A DNA stretch of 64,000 nt, taken from NCBI GenBank assembly GCA_905178155.1, contig CAJINV010000010.1, positions 361,866 to 425,865 of the forward strand. The letters are read 5' to 3'. Made by a program: the position numbers and the translations under genes. The DNA is from Amoebophrya sp. A120 (taxonomy: Eukaryota > Protista > Dinoflagellata). The notes beneath the pieces were generated by a model. That model had not been told where the DNA came from. It ran no database searches and worked only from the letters and a program-made list of their open reading frames with translations. This document shows, piece after piece, positions 45,901 through 57,399 of this stretch (within the stretch, counting starts at the first letter, position 1; every line of letters starts with the position of its first letter).

Positions 45901-48055
45901 GGATTGAAGGCAAGTTTTGTAATGCAGAAACCACATTTGTACGTGTACGGGAAATTTACTGTGGATATCCCCTGGGTCCACTGCATGGCCGGCCACTGGA
46001 TGTAGTTACCCCGGTCGGCAAGCTATCGATTGCAAATATGGCTGGGTCGTCTGGAAGATTGCGAGATTTGTCATGCTAGTCTGGCACGAATCTAAACTCT
46101 GTATTGCGTGGCCGCGAAACGCTTCTTTTGCATGTCATGCAAAAACGCAGTTTCTCATGCGAAGTACGCAACTCAGAACCACGGGAAAAACTGTCATGCT
46201 TGCCAGCGCATTAGAGTGTGCTCACTATACCCCCTCTTGCATCACAAGTTTCCAGACGCAGACAACATATTTGCAATCGATAAAAACGCGATGTACAGGT
46301 AGGCGATCCGGTTTTTGTTTACCATGTCGTATTCGGTCGAAGCCACTTTCATGAACTGGATCTCCACCTTTGTATTTATCGTTTTTTCGTTCATGTCATA
46401 CGTGTTGTGCATGCTGGAGACCACTCTCTGTTGATGTCTTTCTTCACTTATTCAAAATCAAAATCATGTTCACCACCTGCACATACAAAAAGCATCTTAA
46501 TGTCTTTACGTTATCATGTAGGCACTTGTAGAGCGTCTCCGTGCTGTCTGCCATGAAGCTTCCGGTCCTACTGAAGTTCATCCTGCTACTGGCCCCGTTC
46601 CACACACTGCTTGCCGACACAGCAGGGCAGTTGGTGCAGCTGTTTAAGTCGAAATGATCGGAGCAGACGGCTTGGTTAAGCATGCCGGATTGCAAGTCTT
46701 CGTAATTTCGCTCGATCTCCCGCTTCAACGTTTTCATCGTCGCTTCCACCGTTGTCAATATCACCCCCGCACTGGAAGCGGACGAAGACCAGGATGAGAA
46801 GGAGTTCGTGGTTCCACAGGTCGTATGGATGTGTCAGAGTTGAAATCGTCAAAGTTGAAATAGTTTGCCATGCAGAAAATGCATGACGCGAGGCACGTGT
46901 GTTGCAGAGCAGGCAAGTGAGGCCGATTGTAAGCCTGTTTGGGGTTAGAACTCGAGCCGCTACAGTAGCATGAGAAAATCAGTCTTCTTTGCCTAAACAG
47001 CACAACCAACTGGATTTAAGGACCGCCAAAATTTGTCATGCGCCAATTGGAAACTTGGTTCCAACTGGCATCCATTTTATGCATGACAAATCATTTCAAC
47101 TTTGTCGATTTCAATCCTGACACATCCATAGGTTGCGTAGCTGTAATACAGGTTGGATGCGCCGGCGAGCCAAGTGGACCGGACCGGTGCGTAGGAAGAC
47201 GCGCAGTATGAGAGTGCACAACTCCCCCTTCCCCTCATTTGTAATTGTAAGTATTGCCTTTGCCTCCAAGCGCAGTTTGCATGACAAATTTTGCAACCTC
47301 AAACAGTACTAGAATCTGTGTGCAGATTTGTCATGCGGAAGCCCTTTTTCTGTTGGTGCGTGTATTGCTGTTCATGCCATAAAAAGGAAGAGGAGGGGGG
47401 GTCGTGCACTCTCATACGCAGTTGCTGCTGTCCACATAGCACCACTGTTTCGCGCACCAGTCTGGGCGGTCCGAGAGCGCCTGCCCGTTCCCCAGAGCGC
47501 AGGCGGGCGGCTTGTCGCTGTCCCAGCTTTGGTATGAAATGCAAAAGCGTTGCATCGCAGTAGTAGGAATCGCATTTTACACATTTGCTCAGCATTACAA
47601 ACGAAATCTCTGATGCCGATTTGCCTTGAAAAAGAGACTTGTCATGCATAATTGCGATTACTACGACTACGATACTTTTGCACAGGATAGTTGGCAGTTG
47701 GCTGTGCCGTACGGGACTGCGTAGTTGTACTCCTTCGCACCGACCGTGACTTTGAGCTGTGCATAAAATAATGAAGTTTCTCATGCATGTTCAACAAGTA
47801 GAAAAACGCTGCTCATGGTCATGTTGTAAAATCTGCATTACAAACTCGAATCATAATTACCTGACTCCCCGTGGTGTAGGCCGATAAGTCTGGACTAGTG
47901 CACGGGCACTGTGTACTTCCAGTCGAGGTAGTGGCCAAAACGGTTGCCGCAGAAAGAAAAAGAACCGAAAACAAGCTCTGGAACGCAAAAGTCCAGTTGA
48001 GGAGCTCGCTTGCTCTGCTGCCGGAAGCAGATAGAAAAGCTTTGGACGACTTCAT
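42953..48055 (-). CDS. Type-I membrane Cys-rich + vWA protein; paralog 2
   Basis: MKSSKAFL...TQCPCTSPDLSA; YDPRYRPWY, IDVSGSM, GGTTNF, VLFLSDG; TM VVIAIIGAIAAFALLAVVF; 10 introners and GT-AG introns; collinear with paralog 1. Confidence 0.85.
43416..43550. mobile_element. Family B introner within the TM-helix coding sequence
   Basis: DR tcgct; removal gives IIGAIAAF. Confidence 0.9.
43612..43830. mobile_element. Family D introner
   Basis: tatgagagtgcacaact...agttgtgcactctcata; DR gtctc/gactc; frame restored. Confidence 0.9.
43918..44196. mobile_element. Family F introner
   Basis: tatcatttgtaaaaacgtccccacaccagag...ctctggtgtggggacgtttttactcaggata; DR agcag; removal gives LSCSTVWE. Confidence 0.9.
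44237..44462. mobile_element. Family I introner
   Basis: tatggggctctcaaatgttaca...tgtaacgtttgagaacgccata; DR acgct/acgcc; removal gives CASGVNPF. Confidence 0.85.
45566..45730. mobile_element. Family B introner in the MIDAS motif (diverged DR)
   Basis: DR cgggc/acgac; removal of the element plus 5 nt gives IDVSGSM. Confidence 0.85.
45817..45967. mobile_element. Family G introner
   Basis: tatgcaatgtaaatttcctttacatgtacaaa...tttgtacgtgtacgggaaatttactgtggata; DR tcccc; removal gives WTQGTYDPR. Confidence 0.88.
46024..46282. mobile_element. Family A introner (diverged DR)
   Basis: DR caagc/aaaac; removal gives YIAFADRGNYIQW. Confidence 0.85.
46824..47130. mobile_element. Family C introner
   Basis: tatggatgtgtcagagttgaaatcg...cgatttcaatcctgacacatccata; DR ggtcg/ggttg; removal gives YSYATCG. 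Confidence 0.9.
47207..47416. mobile_element. Family D introner
   Basis: DR cgcag; removal gives DSSNCASSY. Confidence 0.9.
47533..47689. mobile_element. Family B introner
   Basis: DR tttgg/gttgg; removal gives NCQSWDSDK. Confidence 0.88.
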
Positions 48056-48748
48056 GGTATTAGATAGGTTCTTCTGACGGGGCTACATGAAACTGAGATT
48101 TCACTTTGTTCTCTTTTGAATTTATTATGAACATGCCACCAGATGTTGTTGAGAAAAGAAATTGATCCAGAAGTTGGAGGCCTGTAGAGGTCAGGTAACG
48201 CCGTATTGTGCTAGTAGGTTGCAGAGAAAAGCCAGAACTCGCTCTCATCGTCTAGGCTCTAGACGCAATAGCGGTCTTGCTCCACTTCAAAATAATTAGG
48301 AAACTATTTATGAATCTCTCACAGGCGCACCTGGAGGCTATCTCTCCTTTCTCTAGCACTCGCTGGCTCTCGAGGACTGAATAATCTCTGCTGGAAGAAC
48401 ATTACGATGTTAATTTTGAAGCTAGCGGAACACTTACAATCACATTAAGCGTCTTCGTACCGAACGCAGAAATCGCTTCAGAAGATGAAGACTTTATCGG
48501 TCACTGAACTGAGACTGACTTTAAAACCACAGAATGATCGTACATAAGTACATTCAACCAATCTAGTACTAGCCTGTGCCACAGCTACTTACCACTACTG
48601 CCGTCTGCGCTTTTCCAGCTCGACGTATGTTTCTTTTGCAGAAACCTCGTACTGGCGATGCACACTGTCACTATGTTTGTCTAGAAACTGCATATATTAC
48701 ACGGAGTTTGAGCATAGACGCCGCACAACACCGGCTTCCTGTCTTCTT

Positions 48749-50260
48749 TTATTTTCTTTCAATCACGACGATCATAGGCTCGTTGTGTCGCCCGCCAGGA
48801 GTTGTGCCCGGCAGGGTGGCATTAGCATGATGCCGTTCCTGCGACAAAAGCTGCTGCTGGTGCCGCGCTCCCGCGTTGTTATGTCGCCAACCTCCAATTC
48901 CGTACGCTTGTGGCGGCGGGACCATCTGCAACTGCACTTCGTTCACACACTGCTGGTGTTCCGGGAGGGTATCGAATTCTGAACTTCCGAATTGTTGCAT
49001 TTGTACTAATATTCCACCTGCGACTGGCCCGTGATCCCCGTCTCCTTGCGGAGTTTGTAATCCACCGTTCGGTCGTCCTTGGGGATGACTGAACAATCCG
49101 GCTGCAGGAGCAAGCTGCCCCCCGTAACTGGGTGTGAAGGCTCGGTTTTGATTGAACAAAGCGCCGCGGACGGGTAGTTCTACTTTGTTGTACTGTCCCA
49201 ACGACAGCTCGTGTCCACCAAGTTGTGTCTCCGGATGATCAGAAGTTAACAAAGTATTTCTACCACCGCCGACGTTGTTCGCAGCGAGCGGGTTTTGATT
49301 TTGTTTTAGCTCTTCCTCTTGTAGGTTCGCGTTCGGATTTTGCCCGCCATCATTTCTGACACCAGTAGATGTCCTATTCGACCGATTTGGTGCAGCTCCT
49401 CCTGCTTTCCGGATGCAACACCTTGCGCAGCAATACAGCAGACACGCGAGAAGGCACAAACCGACCACGCCGGCGGCGATGCCGAGGATCAGCTGACGAT
49501 TGGTGAACAGGCTGTTGCTGCCTTTTTTTGCAGACGCAGTTGTGGAGTCGTTTTGATGTTCATCTTCTACTTCTGTTCGACAGGTCAAATACGAGTAGGT
49601 CAATTCCGCATTGAACTCCACCGGTGCGAATGTCGCGTCGCAGTTGGTTTTGTCCACGAAACACCACATTTTATCACACCAATCCGGACGGGAGCTAGCG
49701 TCAGTGGTACCATCATGGACAAGATCACAGAAAGCGCTGTCCCAGGCAAAGCAGTGCCCGGAACCGTAGTTGGAGGGTAGTTCTTGGGAGGAAAACAGCT
49801 GGCGGCGAAGGCGAGTCGGAGCAGGTGTTAGAGACGTCGACGTGCTTGTTGTCGTCGTGGTGGTGGTTGTGCTACTACTTGAATTTGCCGTGGTGTAGTT
49901 CTTCCAGTAGTTGATGCCAAAATGTACGCTGCCTTGCTGATGATTACCTCCGGAAGTAGTAGCTGCACCTCCTGCTACTGCGATTGCTGCCGAAACCGCC
50001 GCATCTGCGGCAGAAATATTTCCGGTCGTTGTATTTGTTGTAGCGGCGTTGATTGCATCAACAGTGGTAGTGGGCGACGTCAAGTTATTTGCAACAAGAG
50101 TGGCGATACAGGGACAGGAAGCTTGGCCGGAATTTTTTGTGCCTTCAGCAGTGTCGGTGGGCGCGGCGTGCACGCAGGAGTGGCGCGCTGCTCCCGAGAA
50201 AATTGCGATCGCAATGAAAACTCGCTCCGCCTCGGAAATACCGGGGGCGGTTGTGCCCAT
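48749..50260 (-). CDS. Intronless type-I membrane protein with the same Cys-rich domain but no vWA domain; paralog 3
   Basis: Single ORF with CPCI, a Thr-rich stretch, YG..HCFAWD...RPDWCDKMWCFVDKTNC...LTYSYLTC, TM LILGIAAGVVGLCLLACLLYCC and C-terminus NEPMIVVIERK*. Confidence 0.8.
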   Translation of the reverse strand: MGTTAPGISEAERVFIAIAIFSGAARHSCVHAAPTDTAEGTKNSGQASCPCIATLVANNLTSPTTTVDAINAATTNTTTGNISAADAAVSAAIAVAGGAATTSGGNHQQGSVHFGINYWKNYTTANSSSSTTTTTTTTSTSTSLTPAPTRLRRQLFSSQELPSNYGSGHCFAWDSAFCDLVHDGTTDASSRPDWCDKMWCFVDKTNCDATFAPVEFNAELTYSYLTCRTEVEDEHQNDSTTASAKKGSNSLFTNRQLILGIAAGVVGLCLLACLLYCCARCCIRKAGGAAPNRSNRTSTGVRNDGGQNPNANLQEEELKQNQNPLAANNVGGGRNTLLTSDHPETQLGGHELSLGQYNKVELPVRGALFNQNRAFTPSYGGQLAPAAGLFSHPQGRPNGGLQTPQGDGDHGPVAGGILVQMQQFGSSEFDTLPEHQQCVNEVQLQMVPPPQAYGIGGWRHNNAGARHQQQLLSQERHHANATLPGTTPGGRHNEPMIVVIERK

Positions 50261-50699
50261 TTTTATACGCCAAAGCAAGTTTGTTCGATGCGGGTGAACG
50301 TCTCATGGTTATCATGATGCCAGTTCATGGCACATATGGGTCGACGCCGGAGTAGCTCAACAGCTGAGACTTTTTCGCCTCATTTTGAGAAAGAGCAGGA
50401 GCGCGCCAGGTTCTTTCGAGCTTTCTAGACTTCTCTGTGGATTGCTGATCTTCTGTGCCTGTACTGCTATGGCGAGTCTATGATGTGGCGAAACTGTCAC
50501 TCAAGAAGAAGAAAAACACACTCTTGCAAACCCGCACCCGCTACCAACCTTCTACGAAACGTGTGCCGACGCCACCATCTCGCTCCACGTCACGTGGAAA
50601 CATAACGATGATAAAATAAGAGAACACCAGGAGCACAGGGCGGAATCATCTGTACAAGAAGACACGCTGCGACATCAAGGCATGATCGCCTCGGCTGCT

Positions 50700-51940
50700 G
50701 GAAATTCTTTCGTATGTGTGCCCGACCTCCCACGGACCGGGGCGAGCAAGTGCCGGCGCGCTAGGCAACGCCCCGACCCCGAGGCCAACCGAAGTAATTT
50801 GCGGGCAATGGCCAGCTCCAACACGAAGGAAAAATACAAATGGGAATGGCCGCCAGCGTATTAGCAGCAAGCCGCGCCCGCGCGCTAAGCCCTGCCGCCT
50901 GCGCAGACTCGCGGCCGCCCACGCGCCTCGTTTCTTTGCTCGGCCCCGGCTTCCCGCTGGCGCCCACACCCAGGGGGCGGGGGGGCTACAATATGCGCCG
51001 GCGCCTGGCGGGCCCCCTTCCTTGGAGCGAGCGCGCGCGCTGTGGCACACGACAAAAGAAGATAATGGGTGCCAGGGGGGTCAAACAAGGTGGACGCTTC
51101 CCCTGCCTGGCCCCCCGTAATGGGGCGAGCGAAGTGGGCCCCGTCCCTGGCGTGTGTCCCCACACGTTCCCAGGCGCTCGCTCCTCCGCTTTCTCCTCCA
51201 CGCCGTGCTCTTCGTAATGCTCCCTCCTCTCCCACTCACGGCGATACCCTCCCGGCTGCATGATGGAGCACACCGCTTGCCCCACCTGCGCGACGAGGTC
51301 ACGCAGCGCTGTAGCCCGGATGCGTAGGCGCATTCGCGGAGGCGGCTGCCCCGCCTGCAACTCTTCGCCCAGGAACAGGAGCATCGCTGTCGCGACGCAC
51401 ACCAACCGGCTCCAGTTCGTTGGCAATGTTGAAGGGAACACGATGCCGCGGCCGTCCCCGCCATGCCCGGAGTCAACTGGAAGGCGCTCGGGCTCGTCGG
51501 CGCGCCGTACACGGTGACGGCCATCGGGCTCCACGGGGTGAAACTGGAACGCAGCGGCGGGGTGAGCGCCCCCCCTCGGCCTGCCCGAAGTAAGGCCGGG
51601 CAGCTTGCGCAGCCTCACTTTGCCAAGCCCCGCCGCGCCACCGGCGGGGGCACTGGCCCCGCCCCACAAGTCCGGGGGCGCATAAGCAGGGGCAGGCGCC
51701 GCAGCGCAGGCACCGCGGCACCTCCGGCCGCGCCAGCGATCGGCGCATGCACGCAGCCGGCCGACAGGGCATCCTTCCAGCGATGGGGACCGTGATGATG
51801 ATAGAGCCCGGCAAAAGGCGCAGAGTGTTATGGGCACCCGGCCGCGACGCCCTGCGAGCGCTGCCCGCCTCCATGCAGCAGCCTGGAGCTTTTTCCGCCA
51901 GCCTGCCGGCAACCCACGAAGCTCCTCGACGCTCCTCGTG
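50700..51940. other. Intergenic GC-rich island, possibly decayed mobile or coding DNA
   Basis: Compositional shift like the other islands; no recognisable protein. Confidence 0.4.
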
Positions 51941-52952
51941 AAAAGATGAAGACGAAGCTCAGTATACTGGCAAACCCTTTTACCACCTCCGCTGAGCCAA
52001 ATCTAGTTCTGCCACTTCTCTCAAAGGAAACTTCCTGGGAACGAACATCCCGACCAAATCTTTTGCGAAGTAGAAACACAATGCAGCCGCCGTCAGCCAG
52101 GAGTCACTGCAAGTGGAAGTGCCGGCAGCGGCAATCTTGTATACGAGACTTCGGAATTTTAAAACTACACCAGAGGCGGTGGCGGGCACTAGAACTAGTA
52201 TCGTTGCTGGTATTATCACTTACTTTGTCTCAGTGGGGGGGACAGTGTTGGCAACAGTTGTGGTTCTATTGTTTTTGCTGGTGAGCGAGACCTTGGATTC
52301 TACTTATTTGGTCGAAAGATTACAACATCGTGGTGGATCTTCGGCGGTAAGTGTTGAAACAAGCTCTGGCGATAGTCAAGACAAGGAACGTCGAAGAAGC
52401 GGCTCTAGCTCTGTCATCTGTTGCCGTGATAGTTTAAAGAAACGCGTATTGAGATTTTCTACATCTAGCCAGCGGCGCCGGTAGACTTTTGAAATAACAA
52501 GAATTGAATGCCACGCTACAGAAACGACAAGCTCTATCTTCCTTTAGAACTTGAGTTGTAACACGGTGGTCATCCTTCTGCTTCTAGTTCTAGCGGTAGC
52601 GACATAAACCTTGAAAGAAACCTGCTGAGATTCTGTTCTAGTAGCAAACTTGAACTTTTGCGTACAACTATGAGCGTGAGAAATTTTTTTTGTCTGTTTG
52701 TTTGTGTAAATGGATCCACGGAGTCGGAGGACCCCCGGTTGAAGAATCCTACATCCTGCTTGTTTGTTTGTAATCATGACTTAGGAGAATTCAGTGCTCG
52801 ACCTCGTGTTGGAATTTCTTTGTTCCCACGAATTGCGCCAACACCCTAATTTTCCTGATGGTGATGAAAAGATAAAGAAATTAGAAAAACAGCCAAGAAC
52901 ATTTTTAAGTTCACTGATTCAACAGAGCGTCTACACCTCTTCTAGATCTATA

Positions 52953-55900
52953 TCACGCTCCGACCACATTATATCCCATATCTTCGTGGTGCAACAGCAA
53001 GGTCCGTTCCGCCGACTTCTGACACTCGCTGGAAAAGACCCGTTGCTGCAGCGGCGCGACCGACTGGAGCATTTCTAACGGCGTGACCTATGAACTGCAA
53101 AAGCATCGCACTCGTATACATGCATTACGAATTTCCTCAGCATGAGAAATAAAATTTGTAATGCAGATTTACCTTAAAAAGAAGATTTCTATATGCGTGA
53201 TTGCAATACGAGTACGATACTTTTGCAAAGCATATGACCCCGTGGTCCGCCATTTTTACCGCGTCCTGCTGAAACTCCTCCTTCTTGGACCGAATCTCCT
53301 GAATCTTGCCCTGCCACTCCTGGACCTTGGCGCTGATAGTGTGTGTGTTTTTTTTTTTCGAATTCACAGAACACGCGATGGCATTTTTTTACGCATGAGA
53401 ATTTCCTACTCTTTCATCCGTTTCCATTCATGAAAAGCAAGAAGCGCATGACAAGCTGCTGTTCTTCTTAACTTTTATACATGATCGCCCGCAGCTTGTC
53501 CGACTCTTGATTCGTTTTTTCCAGTTTCGCGCGGCTCTCTTCGAAAACTTGGTCGGCGTGCTTCTGCTCTTGGTCGATTTGCGCCAAGGATTCTTCGATG
53601 CGCAGTTGCTGTTTTTTTGTTTTTTCTCAAGAATGAAAGAGGCCGGGGGCGAAAAAGAATGCAAGAAGATTGAGATTCAGAATAGACATCCCTAAAAGAA
53701 ACAAAACGCTTTGCTCTGCATTCCATTTTTCACACCAAAGAAGAAGAACAACATCCAAAATTTGAATTCCTATACCGTAGCCGCAATTTGTTCCAGTTTG
53801 TCGTTATTCCTTGCGATACTGCGCTGGGCCTCGAAAAACCGTGCCTCGCTGGCTTTCGTCTCCTCCTGGTATTTCTCGATATCCGCTTTGGCCCTGATAA
53901 TGTCGTTTTTCGTATTGAAGTTTCTGTTTCTTGCAGTGCGAATCGCGCTGCGCATCAGAAATTTCTCTTACATGCATTTGGTTGCCAAGAATCAAGATCA
54001 TTCGTAAGAATCACTACACCAAACCAAATCCTGTACTGTTTCGTCTGCTGAATGACCGTCGCGGTTTCCTGCTCCAGCGTCTGCTTTTCGTTTTGCAGCT
54101 TGGACGCTTCAAGTTTCAAGTCGTTGTACTGCTTTTTCTATGCATTGCAAAAGCACCGCACTCGCTCGCACCAATTGCAGATATGCATGACAAATCTCTT
54201 TTCCAAGCTAAATCAGCATGACAGATTCCATTTCTTGTCATGCTGAGCTAATTTGTATTGCAATTACTACTAGCACAATACTTTTGCATATGCATATTTC
54301 CGTCATGTTCAGCTTCTGTTTGATCCCGTTATACGTGTCTTCCAGCGATTTGTACAAGGCGTTCTTGTATGCATTGCAAATGTCTCTGGGTCTGGAAGAT
54401 GAATGTAAGTTTGTCATACTTGGCTGCCATGACTCGCAAATCTGTCATGCGCATCGCCCCATTTTGACTTTTCTGTCAAGTAGAAACGCTGTCTGTGATG
54501 CAATATAGCCAACACACAGCTGCAAGTCAGAAGCTTGTCATGCTGGACTGCCAAATGCACACGAGGTCTCACGATTAACCAGCTCGCATTACAAGTTTCC
54601 AGACCAAGACATATTTGTAGTTGATATCTTGTTCTTCAAATGCTCGTTGTAGATGCCCTGGTGATGATCAATCTTCGACCGCCACTCCTTCGTCTGCTCT
54701 TTTTGCTGTTTTTTCAGCTCCTCCTCTTCCTTCAACAACCTTTCCCGCTTTTCCCGCGCCGGTTGGATTTCCTCCTTTTCCAATCGCAATTTTTCTTTCT
54801 CCATCTTCTCCGCGTTGATGGCATCCTGTTCCTTCAAATCCTTCTGCACCTGCTTGTGCCTCCTCAGAAACCGCTCGTGCTTCTCCGTTTCTTTCTCTAT
54901 GGAACTGTCAGAATCGAAATTGACACAGCTGAAATGATTTGCCATGCATAAAATGAATGCCAGTCGGAAGCCCACTTATCAAGCGGCGCATGACAAATTT
55001 TGGTGATGCCTAAAGCCAGTTTGTCATGCTGTTTGGGCAAAGACGAATGATTTTCTTATGCTACTTTAGCAGCTCAAGCTCTAACCCCAAACAGGCTTAC
55101 AATCGGCCTCCCTTGCCTGCTCTGCGACACATGTATTTCGCGCTATGCATTTTATGCCTCGCAATTTATTTCAACTTTGGCGATTTCAAACCTGACGCTT
55201 CCATATTCTCAAAATGCTCCTTAATCTGCTTCTCCTCCTCGGCTACCTTCAATTTTTTCTCGTTCAGCTTTTTGATCTCCTCATCCAAGATCGGAATACG
55301 CCGGGTTTCCAATTCCTCGTGTTCGTGCGCTAGTTGGTGGATATGCATTGCAAAAGAAACGCACTAGTATAAACTGCAATACAAATTGAAATTGGCTCAG
55401 CATTACTAAATTAAATTTGTAATGCGGATTTGCATTAGGAACGAGATTTGTAATGCATAAATGCAATTAGTACGAGCGCGATACTTTTGCACAGGATAGT
55501 GGATCTCCTTCGACAAGTTCGTCGCCTGGTTGCGCAGAAGTTGCTCCTCCTCCAAATGATTTCCCTGTAATTTCGCGTGCATGGCCTGCTGCTCGAACTC
55601 CTGCAAGTCCTTCTGCGATTTCAAATTCCGGCTTGACGGGTGGTAGTTGTGGTTCTGACTTCCGTATCAAATGTAAAAATGTCTGGGTCTGGAAGGATGC
55701 AAGGTTTGTCATGCACATTTCGCATGAGTCCTGATGTCTGTGATGCATGCCCTAGCGTCACAGATTATGTGAGGGCTTTCTGATGCCTAGACCGCATGGG
55801 AAATGCCCTCTCGAAATGGCAAAAACTGGACCTCTTCTGCTGCTCATGCAATACAAATTTTTTTAGAATCCAAAAACAGCATCACAAGTTGCATTCTTCC

Positions 55901-57399
55901 AGACCCAGACATTTTTACAATCCATATTCCGTGTAAGCGGGAAGTGGAAGCGGAAGTCGTGGACGGGTGGGCTTGGGTCCGGTGTTGACCACCTGAGGTG
56001 ATGTTACTTGTGGGGTGATTGAAGTGCAGAACAACAGGTCATATACACAAATTCAGACTCAACGGCGCTCGATAAAGTATCTACATGTACATACACTGCC
56101 GACGTGTTGCTGTTCTTTTTACTACTTCTCGACCAACTACGTGCTTACCTCCTTGTCCTTGCCCCCTTGCAGCTGCCACCCCTCCCGACGATGCTCCGGA
56201 AGCGGAAGACCCCTGCAGCGTCGGGCTGCCGCGACGAGAGTCACCAGCGAGATGGCTCGGCTGTTGCTGCTTTTGGGTAGAAGAAGTACCAGTTGCGCCG
56301 CCACCTCCTGCTCCCGCGTTCTTATTCGCCGGACGGGAAGAGGAGCTCGCCTGACTGGTGCCGGTTAAAGGATGCTGATGTTGTCCGTTGTTCATCCCTC
56401 CTCCACGAGTGGTTGATGGACTGGTTTTACTGTACGGCCCTGGATTGTTGTTCCTAGTAGCCCCGCCACCACCATGGTTCCTCGCTGATGCAGTGGCTGC
56501 TCCTGGTTTAGCACTATTTCCGTGTTGATCCCGCGACGACGGAGCGATTTCCTTGCTCGATGAGCTGGGCGCGGGAAAGCGTGGCTTGTTCGCGGTCGGC
56601 GCGGGGCCGTTCTGCGTCTCAACACCGGAAGATAATTGATGCTGGTGTTGATGCGCGCGACTGCTGGAAGATGATGAGCTAGAAGGTGGACTCCTGTTTG
56701 AATTTCCCATGTTGCCCTGCTGCCTGTTGCTGGTGTTGTGTCCACCTCCCATGGTAGTACTGGCCTGTTGCTGCGGCGACCGACTGCTCTGGGACGAGAT
56801 GACCGCGACCTCAGCGGTCTGGGAAAGTGGTTGGTTTGTTAACGGGTGGTTCGCCACGCCATTCGGATTCATTACAGCTCCCATATTACTACTTCCCATC
56901 ATCGTCCCATTTTGCATCTGAAACTGCGGTGTGGGGCCGCTGTGGCTCAGCGGAGAGGACATGTTGCCGCCGGCCCCGAGACGAAAGTTGAAGCCGCTTA
57001 GGCCGATTTTGAGACGCGACTGTAGATAATTTGTGTTCAACAAAACTTATGGTTGAACAATAAGACATGGGAAGTGGAGTACGTATTGTTCGCATCAGAA
57101 TTCATTGATCAGGCAAAATGAGAACTACTTCATGCAAGCTGTACGGGTGCATGTGCAAGGTCAAAATCATTCTACCTGGCTCATCTCCCGCGTGGTCCCC
57201 ATCTGATCCGTGTTTGTATCCTGTGCAAAAGTATCGCACTCGCACTAATTGCTTTTATGCATTATTAAGGGAAATCTGTATTATAAATTTAATCTGTAAT
57301 GCTGAGCTAATTTGTATTGCAATTTATAATAGTACGATGCTTTTGCAGTTCATAGTTTGTCGAGCCGTGCAAGACCGGATTTGTCTCTACACGCTGCAT
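52953..57399 (-). CDS. Long coiled-coil protein with a low-complexity N-terminal half (multi-exon)
   Basis: E/K/Q-rich heptad segments (KEIHQLAHEHEELETR...EHFEKETEKHER...) join in frame across 7 introners and several GT-AG introns; start position approximate. Confidence 0.72.
53089..53234. mobile_element. Family B introner
   Basis: DR tgacc; removal gives DHGVTPLEM. Confidence 0.9.
54139..54296. mobile_element. Family B introner
   Basis: DR ttttc/tttcc; frame restored. Confidence 0.85.
54368..54626. mobile_element. Family A introner
   Basis: DR tcttg; removal gives LKNKNALYK. Confidence 0.88.
54898..55205. mobile_element. Family C introner, inverted relative to 46824-47130
   Basis: DR ttctc; removal gives EHFEKETEK. 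Confidence 0.9.
55342..55498. mobile_element. Family B introner
   Basis: DR gtgga; removal gives KEIHQLAH. Confidence 0.9.
55665..55926. mobile_element. Family A introner
   Basis: DR ttccg; removal gives RLHGSQNH; same subfamily as 12835-13096. Confidence 0.9.
57217..57354. mobile_element. Family B introner
   Basis: DR gtttg; removal gives GSTNTDQM. Confidence 0.88.

Noticed and set aside
28741-48055. Genes read as transposon-disrupted pseudogenes
   Set aside because: Frames and conserved motifs are intact across all checked insertions, with no other stops or frameshifts seen, which fits functional spliced genes better.
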